From positions 160,001-224,000 of the forward strand of contig JAVJQW010000041.1 in assembly GCA_040218735.1 (NCBI GenBank): a DNA stretch of 64,000 nt, given 5' to 3'. Origin of the DNA: Deltaproteobacteria bacterium (GTDB lineage: Bacteria > Myxococcota > Kuafuiibacteriia > Kuafuiibacteriales > Kuafuiibacteriaceae). Position 1 is the first letter of the stretch, and every line of letters begins with the position of its first letter. This document shows positions 1 to 9,342 of the stretch, one piece after another. Both the position numbers and the translations under genes were made by a program. The notes beneath the pieces are model-generated. The model saw nothing but the letters and a program-made list of their open reading frames with translations, had not been told where the DNA came from and ran no database searches.

Positions 1-1
1 G

Positions 2-550
2 GACTACTCGCTGGTTCGGATCCTCGCGCCCATGAAGGAGAAGGGGACGACGACCCTCAAGTCGAACGACGACATCTACACGTACCTCCCCAAGACGGAC
101 CGCACGATTCGTCTGACGTCCGGGATGATGATGGGGTCGTGGATGGGCAGCCACTTCACGAACGACGACCTCGTGAAGGAGTCGCGCCTGCTCGATGACT
201 ACGACGCGAAGCTCACCTTCGAGGGGGAGCGCGGCGGCGAGTCGCTCCTGGAGATAACGCTCACGCCCAAGCCGGACGCCGCGGTGGTGTGGGGCAAGAT
301 CGTGCTGACGCTGGACGCGAAGACCGAGCTGCCCAAGTCGCAGGTCTACTACGACGAGGACATGCAGGTGCAGCGGACGATGACGTTGTCCGACGTCGCC
401 AAGATGGGCGGCCGGACTATCCCGACGCGGATGCGCATGGTCCCCGCGGACAAGCCGAAGGAGATGACGGAGCTCGTCTACGAGAAGATGCGCTTCGACA
501 CGGGCCTCGGCGAGAGCTTCTTCTCCATCTCCAAGCTGCGCCGGCGATGA
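2..550 (+). CDS. Outer-membrane lipoprotein-sorting protein (LolA-like), 5' truncated by window edge
   Basis: Frame open from position 2 (DYSLVRILAPMKEKGTTTLK). Has SWMGSHFTNDDL and PKPDAAVVWGKI motifs typical of this family. Stop overlaps the next ATG (ATGA). Confidence 0.8.
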   Translation, partial: DYSLVRILAPMKEKGTTTLKSNDDIYTYLPKTDRTIRLTSGMMMGSWMGSHFTNDDLVKESRLLDDYDAKLTFEGERGGESLLEITLTPKPDAAVVWGKIVLTLDAKTELPKSQVYYDEDMQVQRTMTLSDVAKMGGRTIPTRMRMVPADKPKEMTELVYEKMRFDTGLGESFFSISKLRRR

Positions 551-1764
551 ACGCGTTCACGATCGGTGCCCGCAGCATCGGGCGGAACAAACGACGAACC
601 GCGGCCACGGTCGGTGCGATGGCATTCGCCGGGTTCTTCTGCATCTTCTACGGCGCGCTGATCGAGGGGATGGTGAAGGCGCTGGAGCGCAACGCCCTGC
701 GCATGGAGCTGGGCGCGCTCCAGATCCACCACCCCGGGTACCGCGAGGACCCGGACCTCTACAAGCGCATCGAGGACACGGACGCGATCGTCGCCGCGCT
801 CGACGCCAAGGGCTACGGCGTGTCCGCGCGGTGGTTCGGCGGGGGCCTCGTCGCGGGGAAGACCACGTCGTCGGGCGCGCAGCTGCGAGGCATCGATCCG
901 GAGCGCGAGGCGGGCGTGACGGTCGTGGGATCCCACGTCCAAGCCGGCGCGTGGATCTCGGCGGAGGCCCCCCAGGGCGTGGTGCTCGGGAAGCGGCTCG
1001 CCAAGACCCTCCGCCTCGGCGTCGGCGACGAGGTCGTCGTGTTGTCCTCCGCGGCGGATGGCTCGATGGCCAACGCGCTCTACACCGTGCGCGGGGTGCT
1101 GGGGCCGATCAACGAAGCCGTGGACCGGGGTGGTGTCTTCATGACGCAGCAGGCGTTCCTCGAGCTGTTCGTGCTGGACGGCGGGGCTCACGAGATCGCG
1201 GTCGCGCTCCCGGACGGGGCCACGCTGGAGGGGGCGAAGGCGGAGGTCGCGCAGCTCGCAGGGGGTGCAGAGACCCTCACCTGGAAGGAGCTTCAACCCA
1301 CGCTCGCGGACATGCTCGAGATGAGCGCGGCGGGGCAGTTCATCATGATGATCGTCGTCTACCTCGCGATCGCGATGGTGGTGCTTAACGCGATGTTGAT
1401 GAGTGTGTTCGAGCGCATTCGTGAGTTCGGCGTGATGAAGGCGCTGGGGGTGACACCGCGGCAAGTCGCGACGGTGGTGTTCGTCGAGGCGACGGCCCAG
1501 GCCACGGTCGCGAGTGTGATCGCGGTCCTCGTGGCGTGGCCGGTGTCGAAGTATTTTCAAACGAACGGAATCGATCTCACGGCGTTCGTGCAGGACGTCT
1601 CGGTCATGGGCGTCGCCATGGATCCGGTCTGGTACGCCTCGCCCACCGTCTCGAACCTCGTGGTGTCGGTGGTGGTGCTGGTCATCGTGACGCTGGTCTC
1701 CGCGCTGTATCCGGGCGTGAAGGCGGCCATCATTCGGCCCGTCGAGGCCATTCATCACCGGTAG
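547..1764 (+). CDS. ABC transporter permease (FtsX/LolE/MacB-like)
   Basis: RNKRRT N-terminus, TM1, large periplasmic domain, SVFERIREFGVMKALG motif, 3 C-terminal TMs. True start is ATG 547, inside track ORF 289..1764. Confidence 0.9.
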   Translation: MNAFTIGARSIGRNKRRTAATVGAMAFAGFFCIFYGALIEGMVKALERNALRMELGALQIHHPGYREDPDLYKRIEDTDAIVAALDAKGYGVSARWFGGGLVAGKTTSSGAQLRGIDPEREAGVTVVGSHVQAGAWISAEAPQGVVLGKRLAKTLRLGVGDEVVVLSSAADGSMANALYTVRGVLGPINEAVDRGGVFMTQQAFLELFVLDGGAHEIAVALPDGATLEGAKAEVAQLAGGAETLTWKELQPTLADMLEMSAAGQFIMMIVVYLAIAMVVLNAMLMSVFERIREFGVMKALGVTPRQVATVVFVEATAQATVASVIAVLVAWPVSKYFQTNGIDLTAFVQDVSVMGVAMDPVWYASPTVSNLVVSVVVLVIVTLVSALYPGVKAAIIRPVEAIHHR

Positions 1765-1776
1765 GAGGGTGCGGAC

Positions 1777-3009
1777 GTGTTGTTACGCATGGCGTGGAGG
1801 AATCTGTGGCGCAGCAAGCGCCGCACGCTGATCACGTTGGGCTCCGTCGCGTTCGGCGTGTGGCTCGCGGTCACGTTCATCGGCGTGGGTGAGAACTCGT
1901 ACTCCGGGATGCTCGAGACCGGGGCGCGCCTCGGTGCCGGCCACGTGACGATCCAACCCGCCGGGTATCAGGACACGCCGGGGCTCGACCACAGCCTCTC
2001 GGACGCGAGCACCATCCGCGAATCGCTGGCGAAGGATCCGACCGTCGAACGCGCCGTCGCGCGCATCAACGGGCAGGCCATGTTCGCCACCGCACGACGT
2101 AGCCTGGGCGGAGCGTTGTTTGCCATCGACCCGCGACACGAGGGGGCCGAGGACAACGTGCTCCTCGACGCGATCGTCGAGGGGGCCGTGTTCGAGGCGC
2201 CGACCGCCAAGCAGATCGTCATCGGCCGCGGGATGGCGAAGAAACTCGGCGTCGGGCTGAAGAAACGCGTCGTCTACACCCTCGTGGACGAAGAGGGCGA
2301 GCTGGTGAGTGACGTCGCCCGGGTCGTCGGAATCTTCGAGACGGGGGTCGTCGAGGTCGACTCCGGCGTCGCGTTGGTCCCGATCGACACCGCGCGCAAG
2401 CTCCTGAGCTACGGCCCAGAGGAGGCGACGATGGTCGCGGTGTTCCTCGCCGACCACCGCGAGGCGGCCGAGGCGCGAGACCGGTTCCTCGGGACGTACG
2501 ACGGCGAGGGCCGCGAAATCCTCACATGGCGACAGACGCAGCCGGAGCTCGCAGGGATCATCGCGATGGATCGCACGATGAACTACGTGTTCCAGATCCT
2601 CATCGGGCTCCTCATTGGCGCCGGGGTCTTCAACACCTTGCTGATGAGTGTGCTCGAGCGGCGCCGTGAGTTCGGCGTGATGATGGCCATCGGTACGCGC
2701 CCCCGGGAGCTGTTCGAGCTGGTCGTCGCGGAGTCGGTGCTCGTCGGCATCGCGGGGCTGATCGTCGGGGCCATCGCGACCGTGCCCTGGTACTGGTTCA
2801 TGCGCACGAAGGGGATCGACATCTCCCAGGTCCAGGGGATGCAGACGAGCGTCAACGGCGTCCTCGTCGATCCCGTGATGCGCCTGTTGCTCTACCCGTC
2901 GAGCATGGTCGCCATCCTGTGTGGCGTGCTCGTGCTGACCGTGCTCGCGGGCCTCTATCCGGCGTGGCAGGCGGGGCGTGTCCCGCCCGTCGAGAGCCTC
3001 AAGGTGTGA
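1777..3009 (+). CDS. ABC transporter permease (FtsX/LolC-like), second subunit
   Basis: AWRNLWRSKRRT start and SVLERRREFGVMMAIG motif; AGGAGG RBS upstream of the GTG. Confidence 0.9.
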   Translation: MLLRMAWRNLWRSKRRTLITLGSVAFGVWLAVTFIGVGENSYSGMLETGARLGAGHVTIQPAGYQDTPGLDHSLSDASTIRESLAKDPTVERAVARINGQAMFATARRSLGGALFAIDPRHEGAEDNVLLDAIVEGAVFEAPTAKQIVIGRGMAKKLGVGLKKRVVYTLVDEEGELVSDVARVVGIFETGVVEVDSGVALVPIDTARKLLSYGPEEATMVAVFLADHREAAEARDRFLGTYDGEGREILTWRQTQPELAGIIAMDRTMNYVFQILIGLLIGAGVFNTLLMSVLERRREFGVMMAIGTRPRELFELVVAESVLVGIAGLIVGAIATVPWYWFMRTKGIDISQVQGMQTSVNGVLVDPVMRLLLYPSSMVAILCGVLVLTVLAGLYPAWQAGRVPPVESLKV

Positions 3010-3014
3010 ACGTC

Positions 3015-3707
3015 ATGAACGAACCGATCGTCAAACTCGACGAAGTCACGAAGACCTACCCACAGGGCAACCAGACCATCGCCGCGGTGGCCGGGTTGTC
3101 GCTCCAGATCGAGCCCGGAGAGTTCACGGCGCTGTGCGGGCCTTCCGGTTCGGGCAAGACCACGACCCTGAACCTGATCGGCGCGCTCGACGTACCGACT
3201 TCGGGGACCATCGTCGTCGAGGGCCACGACATCTCACACATGTCGCGGGCCGAGCTCGCGACGGTCCGGCGGGACCGCATCGGGTTCGTGTTCCAGGCGT
3301 ACAACCTCATCCCGGTGCTCACCGCGTACGAAAACGCGGAGTTCGTGTTGGCGTTGAAGAAGGTCCCCGCCGACGAGCGGCGTCGTCGCGTGATCGACAT
3401 GCTCGACGCCGTCGGCCTCGCGGGCCTCGAGGACCGTCGGCCCGACGAGCTGTCGGGCGGCCAGCAGCAGCGGGTCGCGATCGCGCGCGCGATCGTCGGC
3501 AAGCCCGCGATCGTGCTCGCCGACGAACCGACCGCCAACGTCGACTCGGAGAACGCCGAGGCGCTCCTCGACATCATGCAGGACCTCAACGAGACCCACG
3601 GCGTGACGTTCCTGTTCTCCACGCACGACGAACGGGTCATGCGGCGCGCCAAGCGGATCGTTCACCTCCGGGACGGCGCGCTCGACCACGAGGAGAACCG
3701 CGCGTGA
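3015..3707 (+). CDS. ABC transporter ATP-binding protein (LolD-like)
   Basis: Walker [23 protein letters not shown] signature, LADEPT, H-loop STHD. Confidence 0.93.
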   Translation: MNEPIVKLDEVTKTYPQGNQTIAAVAGLSLQIEPGEFTALCGPSGSGKTTTLNLIGALDVPTSGTIVVEGHDISHMSRAELATVRRDRIGFVFQAYNLIPVLTAYENAEFVLALKKVPADERRRRVIDMLDAVGLAGLEDRRPDELSGGQQQRVAIARAIVGKPAIVLADEPTANVDSENAEALLDIMQDLNETHGVTFLFSTHDERVMRRAKRIVHLRDGALDHEENRA

Positions 3708-4963
3708 GACGCGCGGCGGCACTCGCGGCGATCGCGGTGCTGCTCTCGCCGCGTGCCGCGGATGCGTTCTATTCGAAATACGGCGACGACTACCAGGTCG
3801 ACGTCACCAGCATCGTCCGAGTCAACGACACCCTGGGCCGGTTCCCGACCATCGAAGGCCTACCGTTCGAGATCGACCACGGCCTGAACATCGCGGGCGC
3901 GCTCGGGCGGGTCATGGGGACCGTCGTGATCGGCGAGCACCTGTCTTTCGAGGCCCACGTGTTCGGGCTCGCGTCGGGGCAAGCGGTGTCGCCGCTCCTC
4001 GCGGGGACCACCACGGCGGACGGCTTCGGCGCGACCGACCAGGGGCGCTGGGCGGGGCTCGTCTACCGGCCGTACCTGCGCGGCGGCACCGTCACCGAGA
4101 TCGCGGCCGACCGCCTCAACGTCCGACTGAACGTCGGGCCGCTCGAGCTGACGGTCGGGCGTCAGCCCATCAACCTCAGCGCGACGTCCTTCTTCGTCCC
4201 CAACGACTTCTGGCAGGCTTTCTCGGCGCAGACCTTCTTCCGCGTCTACAAACCCGGCGTCGACGCGGTCCGCGCGGAGGTCGAGCTCGGTGCCTTCACG
4301 CGACTGTCGCTGATCGGCGCGCTGGGATTCGATCGCACGGGGGAGGGCGCCGTCGACGATCCGATCTCCGCCGAAGACAGCTCCGGCATCGCTCGTTTCT
4401 CCACGGTGCTGGGGGACTTCGAGCTCGCCGTGCTCGGCGGCGCCGCGCCGCAGCGCTGGGTCGTCGGAGGCGCGGTGCAGGGCGAGCTGTTCTCGGGGAT
4501 CGGCCTCCGCGGTGAGGGGCATTGGGCGATCCCGCACGACGACGCTCAGGACCCGCGCGCCGAGATCGCGGTCGGTCTCGAGCGGAGGTTCGAGAGCTCG
4601 CTGATGCTCAGCGTCGAGTACTTCTTCCACGGCGCGGGCGCTACGGATCCCGACGACTACCTCGCGCGGAGCGCGGACCCCGTGTTCTCGGCGGGGCCGC
4701 CGTACTTCGGACGCCACTACGTCGCTGCGGCGGCGACCTACGAGCTCACGCCGCTCACCAACGGGAGCGCGCTCCTCCTCGCCAACCTCGCGGACGGATC
4801 GTTCCTCGCCTCGGTCTATCTGGTGCGTTCCCTCGACGACGAAGCGGAGGCCTCGCTCGTCGTCTCCGTCCCGGTCGGATCCGCGCCGACGATCGCCGGC
4901 CCCACCAGCGAGCTCGGCGCCGCACCCATCACGGTCGGCCTCGAAGTCAGGCGCTACTTCTGA
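3704..4963 (+). CDS. Putative outer-membrane beta-barrel protein
   Basis: GTGA overlap with the ATPase; signal peptide (RRAAALAAIAVLLSPRAADA), GRQPIN and PGVDAVR motifs, amphipathic strands, C-terminal Phe (EVRRYF). Confidence 0.7.
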   Translation: MRRAAALAAIAVLLSPRAADAFYSKYGDDYQVDVTSIVRVNDTLGRFPTIEGLPFEIDHGLNIAGALGRVMGTVVIGEHLSFEAHVFGLASGQAVSPLLAGTTTADGFGATDQGRWAGLVYRPYLRGGTVTEIAADRLNVRLNVGPLELTVGRQPINLSATSFFVPNDFWQAFSAQTFFRVYKPGVDAVRAEVELGAFTRLSLIGALGFDRTGEGAVDDPISAEDSSGIARFSTVLGDFELAVLGGAAPQRWVVGGAVQGELFSGIGLRGEGHWAIPHDDAQDPRAEIAVGLERRFESSLMLSVEYFFHGAGATDPDDYLARSADPVFSAGPPYFGRHYVAAAATYELTPLTNGSALLLANLADGSFLASVYLVRSLDDEAEASLVVSVPVGSAPTIAGPTSELGAAPITVGLEVRRYF

Positions 4964-4988
4964 CGCGCACCGGCGGCGCGGGAGGGCC

Positions 4989-5837
4989 TCAGGCCGCCTC
5001 GCCCTGCGGGCGCACGATCTCCAACGTCTCGTAGGGCATCACGACGCCCGCCGTGCGCAGCGCCTCGAAGAGCTGCTCGCGTAGCGCGAAGCGCTCGCGC
5101 ACGTGTGACTTCTCGTCCTGCAACCAGGCCTGCAGCTCGACCTCGACGTTGTAGTCGTTGAGCGCCTTAACGACGAGGCGGGGCGCGGGCTCGGAGAGGT
5201 ACGCCTCGTTGTCCTTCACGAGGTCGAGCGCGAGCTGGCGCACCCGCCCGAGATCCTCGTTCACACCGACCGTCGCGCCGACGTCGAGCCGGAGGTTCGG
5301 GAAGTTCGTGTACGAGACGACCGTGGAGTTCACGATCGTCGTGTTCGGGATGGCGAGCATCCGACCGTCGACGGTCACGACCCGGGTGCTCCGCAGCGTG
5401 ATCTGATCGACGCGCCCGTACTGCCCGTCGATCTCCACGAGGTCGCCCAGCACGAACGGGCGATCCCAGAAGATGAACAGCCCGGCGATGATGTTGGACA
5501 ACGCGTCCTTCGCCGCGAAGCCGATCGTCAGGCCGGCGACGCCGAGGCTCGCGAGCACCGAGCCGGTGTTGATGCCGAGCTGCCCGAGCGCCATCACCCC
5601 CGCGACGATGAAGATCGCGGCGCGCGCGACGCCGGTGACGAACGAGTGCGCGGTGCTGTCGATCGCCGCGCGCTCCATGAGCGCACCCGTCGCGCGACGC
5701 ACGACTCGCCACAGGAGCCAGGCGACGAACAGGACGAGCAACGCCACCGCCAGGTCCGGCAGGCGATCCGCGACCCAGTTTGCGAGTTGTCGGGGGTCGA
5801 AGCGTTCGGCGAGGCGCGCCAGGAACTCGTTCATCAT
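4989..5837 (-). CDS. mscS: Small-conductance mechanosensitive channel (MscS family)
   Basis: 3 TMs, LGVAGLTIGFAAKDALSNIIAG, RPFVLGD, G.V..ITLRST, IPN motifs. Confidence 0.9.
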   Translation of the reverse strand: MMNEFLARLAERFDPRQLANWVADRLPDLAVALLVLFVAWLLWRVVRRATGALMERAAIDSTAHSFVTGVARAAIFIVAGVMALGQLGINTGSVLASLGVAGLTIGFAAKDALSNIIAGLFIFWDRPFVLGDLVEIDGQYGRVDQITLRSTRVVTVDGRMLAIPNTTIVNSTVVSYTNFPNLRLDVGATVGVNEDLGRVRQLALDLVKDNEAYLSEPAPRLVVKALNDYNVEVELQAWLQDEKSHVRERFALREQLFEALRTAGVVMPYETLEIVRPQGEAA

Positions 5838-5881
5838 GGAACGAGAGGTAGCTCGTTCCCGGCGCGCGTTGAAGGGACCGC

Positions 5882-7192
5882 TCAGGCGAAGGCGGAGAGC
5901 ACCGGCTTGCCGACGCCGACGGCCTCGTTGAGCTTCGACTCCGGAACGCCGAGCGCGAGGCCGAGGGTCTTGGCCATCGATCCGAGCGTCTCGTCGTACG
6001 GGATGTCGCCGCCGGAGGCGCCGCTCGCCGAGTCGATGGACGTCGCGCGGTAGTCGTTGCCGTTGCGCTCGATGCCGCCGATGACGCCGCCCTTGAGGAC
6101 GTCGCCGATCATCACCGTCACGTGGTGCCCGCGGTTGTGGTCGCGCCCGTTCGTCCCCTTCTTGCGGAGGGTCCGACCGAACACGTTCAGCGTGCCGACG
6201 ATGACTTCGTGCCGCAGGACACCCTCGGACCGCAGCCCGTCGAGGTCCGCGACGAGCTGACCGATGCGCGCCACACCCGACACCGTCTGCGCGGTCTCGG
6301 CCACGAGGTCAGTGTCGTTGTGGTTGTCCCCGCCGAAGCGCCCCTTGATGGTGATCGCGGGCGTGATGTTCATCGCCGCGAGGATCGAGGCGGCCAGCGC
6401 CTGGTTGTCCTCGTCGTTGTTGTCGATGGCGTCGAGCCGCGTGAGCAGCACGTCGCTCACGCCGCGGACCTCGTCGCGCGAGCGAGCCCACGCGTCGAGC
6501 AGCGCGATGTCGCGCTTCGTCCCGTGGTCCTTGTACAGCCGGTAGAGGCGATCGATCTCCCGGTCGCGCAGCGGGGCGAGCGAGGCGAGGGGCCCCGTCG
6601 CACCACCGAGCGCCGCCTTGATCGAAGTCGGGCCGACGTTCGCCAGTACCTGGCCCGACGCCGACAACAGCTCGGAGCCGTTGCGCGCGCCGAGGCTGAG
6701 CGGGAGGTTCTGCACCGCGCCCTGCCGCGGCCCGAGCTCACGCGCGAGGATCGACACGAGCATCTCGTTGTCGTCCGTCGCGCCCATCATGCGCATGACC
6801 TTGTTCTGGTCCTGGTGCACGGGCGTGTACGTCGCGTGGTGGAAGAACACGGTGCGGTCGAGGACGTTCTGCGGGAGGTCCGCCCACGGCTTCGCCGCGG
6901 TGTAGTTCCGCCCCGAGAGACGCAGCTGCGTCGGCGCCATGAGCGGGTCCGCCGGGTGCGCCGCCTCGGACGCCGCGCCGCCGTACGTGCCGGGCACGTT
7001 GGCGTTGATCGGGTCGCCCGCGTTGGACGTCATCAGGATCAACATCCGCCCGGGGCCCTCGGCCAACTCGGAGGGCGACGCGCGCCCGGGGCGCGGGTTC
7101 AGGAGGATGCTCGCCGGGACACCGGTTGCGAGCGCGCGCAGCGCGATGCCCCCGGCGGCCGACTTCAACAGGTTACGTCGATTGAGCTTCAT
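5882..7192 (-). CDS. Tat-exported DUF1501/DUF1552-like protein
   Basis: Twin-arginine signal MKLNRRNLLKSAAGG; GGDNHND, FGRT and GRDHN motifs; lies downstream of a DUF1585-type partner. Confidence 0.7.
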   Translation of the reverse strand: MKLNRRNLLKSAAGGIALRALATGVPASILLNPRPGRASPSELAEGPGRMLILMTSNAGDPINANVPGTYGGAASEAAHPADPLMAPTQLRLSGRNYTAAKPWADLPQNVLDRTVFFHHATYTPVHQDQNKVMRMMGATDDNEMLVSILARELGPRQGAVQNLPLSLGARNGSELLSASGQVLANVGPTSIKAALGGATGPLASLAPLRDREIDRLYRLYKDHGTKRDIALLDAWARSRDEVRGVSDVLLTRLDAIDNNDEDNQALAASILAAMNITPAITIKGRFGGDNHNDTDLVAETAQTVSGVARIGQLVADLDGLRSEGVLRHEVIVGTLNVFGRTLRKKGTNGRDHNRGHHVTVMIGDVLKGGVIGGIERNGNDYRATSIDSASGASGGDIPYDETLGSMAKTLGLALGVPESKLNEAVGVGKPVLSAFA

Positions 7193-7206
7193 GACCGTTG
7201 TTCCTC

Positions 7207-9342
7207 TCAAAAGCCCACGCCGGCGACGCCCGGCGACATGCAGGCCACGACCAGCGCGCTCCGTCGCGCGTTGTACGGGGTCGCGCCGGCGTCGATGCCG
7301 TCCGCGACGTGCTCGGTGAGGATCTGAATCGCGGGGTCGTGGCGCGGGTCGCCCTCGGGCAGACCCATCACGTCCGTGACCATCTTCGCGACGGCGTCCT
7401 CGTTGTTCAGGCCATCGAACGCAGCGGCGTACGCCCGCTCGCCGATCTCCTTGCAGACCACCTCACGCGTCGCGCGGGTGAACAGGCCCGTCTCCGAGAT
7501 CGTGATGGGCTCCGGCTCTCCGCGGCTGACCGTGTCCGCCGGGATGGAGCCGACCGCGTTGAGCATCCGGGACTGCAGGCCGCTGCGCTCGCGGGGCAGG
7601 GTGTCGATGCCGCAGACGTCCGCGACGCCGAGGCGGTTCGACAGCTGCGCGCAGAACTGCTCGCGGCGGCTGATCGACGGACCGCGCTGCACCTTCTCGT
7701 CGACGCACTTCGCGTTCGTCACGAGCGGCGAGGCGAGCAGCTCACGAATCAGGACCTTGAAGTCGAACTCGGAGCCCTCGAACGCGGCGATGACCCGCTC
7801 GAGCTCCGCGGAGTTCTGACACGGCGCTGCGTTGGCGTAGTAGCAGAGCTTCTGCGTCCACCCGCGCGCGAAGTCGGGGTGGTTCGCGAGGATCGTCGCG
7901 AGGTCCTGCACGCCGGTGCCGGTCTGCTGCACGCCGCGGAAGACAAACGTCGCCGGGAGGTCGATGCGCTCCTGGTCGTGCTGCTGGCCGTACGCATTGG
8001 TGTACGAGTTGCGGAAGAACTCGCGCATCGGGTCGAGCGTCTGGTGGCAGCCGTAACACGGCGAGCCGGGCGCGGAGTGCTCGGCGTCGAGGTTCGGCGG
8101 CGAGAAGTCCGTGACGGTCTGCCCGTCGAAGCTCTCGCCGAGCGCGGTGATGAGCGTCTGGTTGAGCGTGACGCGGGACGAGTTGTCCTCGTTGGTCGGC
8201 CACGTCGCGAAGAAGCCGAGCGTCGTGAAGAACCCGACGCGGTCGCCGTGGAGCGCGAGCTCCTCGGCGTTGCGCAGCTGCGGGAGGCGGTAGAAACGAA
8301 TCGGCGTCTCGCCGTTCCCGGCCTTGCGGATGCGAATCGGCCGCCAGTCGTTGAAGTCCGCGCGGGTGAGGAGCGGGTTGCGACGCGCCGGGCGGGCGCG
8401 GCAGTTGTTGCCGGCGCCGACGTTCCGGACGTTGTCCATCCGGCCGAGGATCGCCTGGAACAGCCAGAACGCCTTGTTCGGGATCGCGTTCTGCTGGAAC
8501 CCCATCTCGTTCACGTTGTTGGCGAGGCAAAGCTCGTCGAAGTTCGGCACCCAGATGCGCAGGAAGTTGGGGCTGTTCGGGTTGAGGATCTGGTTCGCCG
8601 GCGGCTCGTCCGCCTTGTTGCGGAGCGCGGTGAAGTCCGTGACCTCGTTCATCGCGCGCGTGAAGACGGTGTCGTCGTCGCGCACGTGGCGGTGGTCGAG
8701 GTACGCGTAGAAGAACATCAACGCGGTCGTCATCTCGAACGTGTCGGTGGTGACCACGTCCTTGAAGGGGCGACCGGACTTCGCGATCGACAGCGCGGTG
8801 CGCGCGAAGCTCTCCTCGATGTTCTTGATCATGAGGTTCTCGCCGAGCTCGCGGTTGTCGTCGAAGCGACCCCACGCGATGTTCCGCGACTTGAGCATCG
8901 GCATCAGGCCCTCGCCGGTGACCTGGTCCTGCTGGAACGCCATCATGAAGAAGCGCCGCAGCACGGTCTCGGCTTCGGGGGTGTCGAACCACGCCTCGAC
9001 GAGCTCACCGATCGCCTCCGGGTCCTCCTTCAACGTCCGCAGCTCGGCGGACGTGAGCGGCAGGCCCGTGAGGAGTGTCTTCACCTTCGCGCCGTACACG
9101 TGCGGCCCCGAGAGCTGGTCGACCGCGCAGTTCTCGGCTTCACCGACCGGCGTCGTCCCGACGGGGAACGTCGGGATCGGCTCGACCGGATCCGGGTCGG
9201 GCATGGGGTCCGGATCGGGTTTGGGATCCGGCTTCGGATCGACGATCGGATTGGGCTCGATGTTGCCGTTGACCGTCGGCTGCGCGTTGCAGCCGACGAG
9301 CGCCGTCATCACCCCGAGGGTCATCCACAGCTCGAGTTTCAT
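7207..9342 (-). CDS. Heme-c lipoprotein, DUF1585/DUF1588/DUF1592 (PSD/PSCyt)-like
   Basis: Lipobox LVGC, PD linker, VKTLLTGLP, NQTLITALG, CYGCH heme motif followed by LDP, C-terminal QKLC..AN. ATGA-coupled to the upstream gene. Confidence 0.72.
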   Translation of the reverse strand: MKLELWMTLGVMTALVGCNAQPTVNGNIEPNPIVDPKPDPKPDPDPMPDPDPVEPIPTFPVGTTPVGEAENCAVDQLSGPHVYGAKVKTLLTGLPLTSAELRTLKEDPEAIGELVEAWFDTPEAETVLRRFFMMAFQQDQVTGEGLMPMLKSRNIAWGRFDDNRELGENLMIKNIEESFARTALSIAKSGRPFKDVVTTDTFEMTTALMFFYAYLDHRHVRDDDTVFTRAMNEVTDFTALRNKADEPPANQILNPNSPNFLRIWVPNFDELCLANNVNEMGFQQNAIPNKAFWLFQAILGRMDNVRNVGAGNNCRARPARRNPLLTRADFNDWRPIRIRKAGNGETPIRFYRLPQLRNAEELALHGDRVGFFTTLGFFATWPTNEDNSSRVTLNQTLITALGESFDGQTVTDFSPPNLDAEHSAPGSPCYGCHQTLDPMREFFRNSYTNAYGQQHDQERIDLPATFVFRGVQQTGTGVQDLATILANHPDFARGWTQKLCYYANAAPCQNSAELERVIAAFEGSEFDFKVLIRELLASPLVTNAKCVDEKVQRGPSISRREQFCAQLSNRLGVADVCGIDTLPRERSGLQSRMLNAVGSIPADTVSRGEPEPITISETGLFTRATREVVCKEIGERAYAAAFDGLNNEDAVAKMVTDVMGLPEGDPRHDPAIQILTEHVADGIDAGATPYNARRSALVVACMSPGVAGVGF

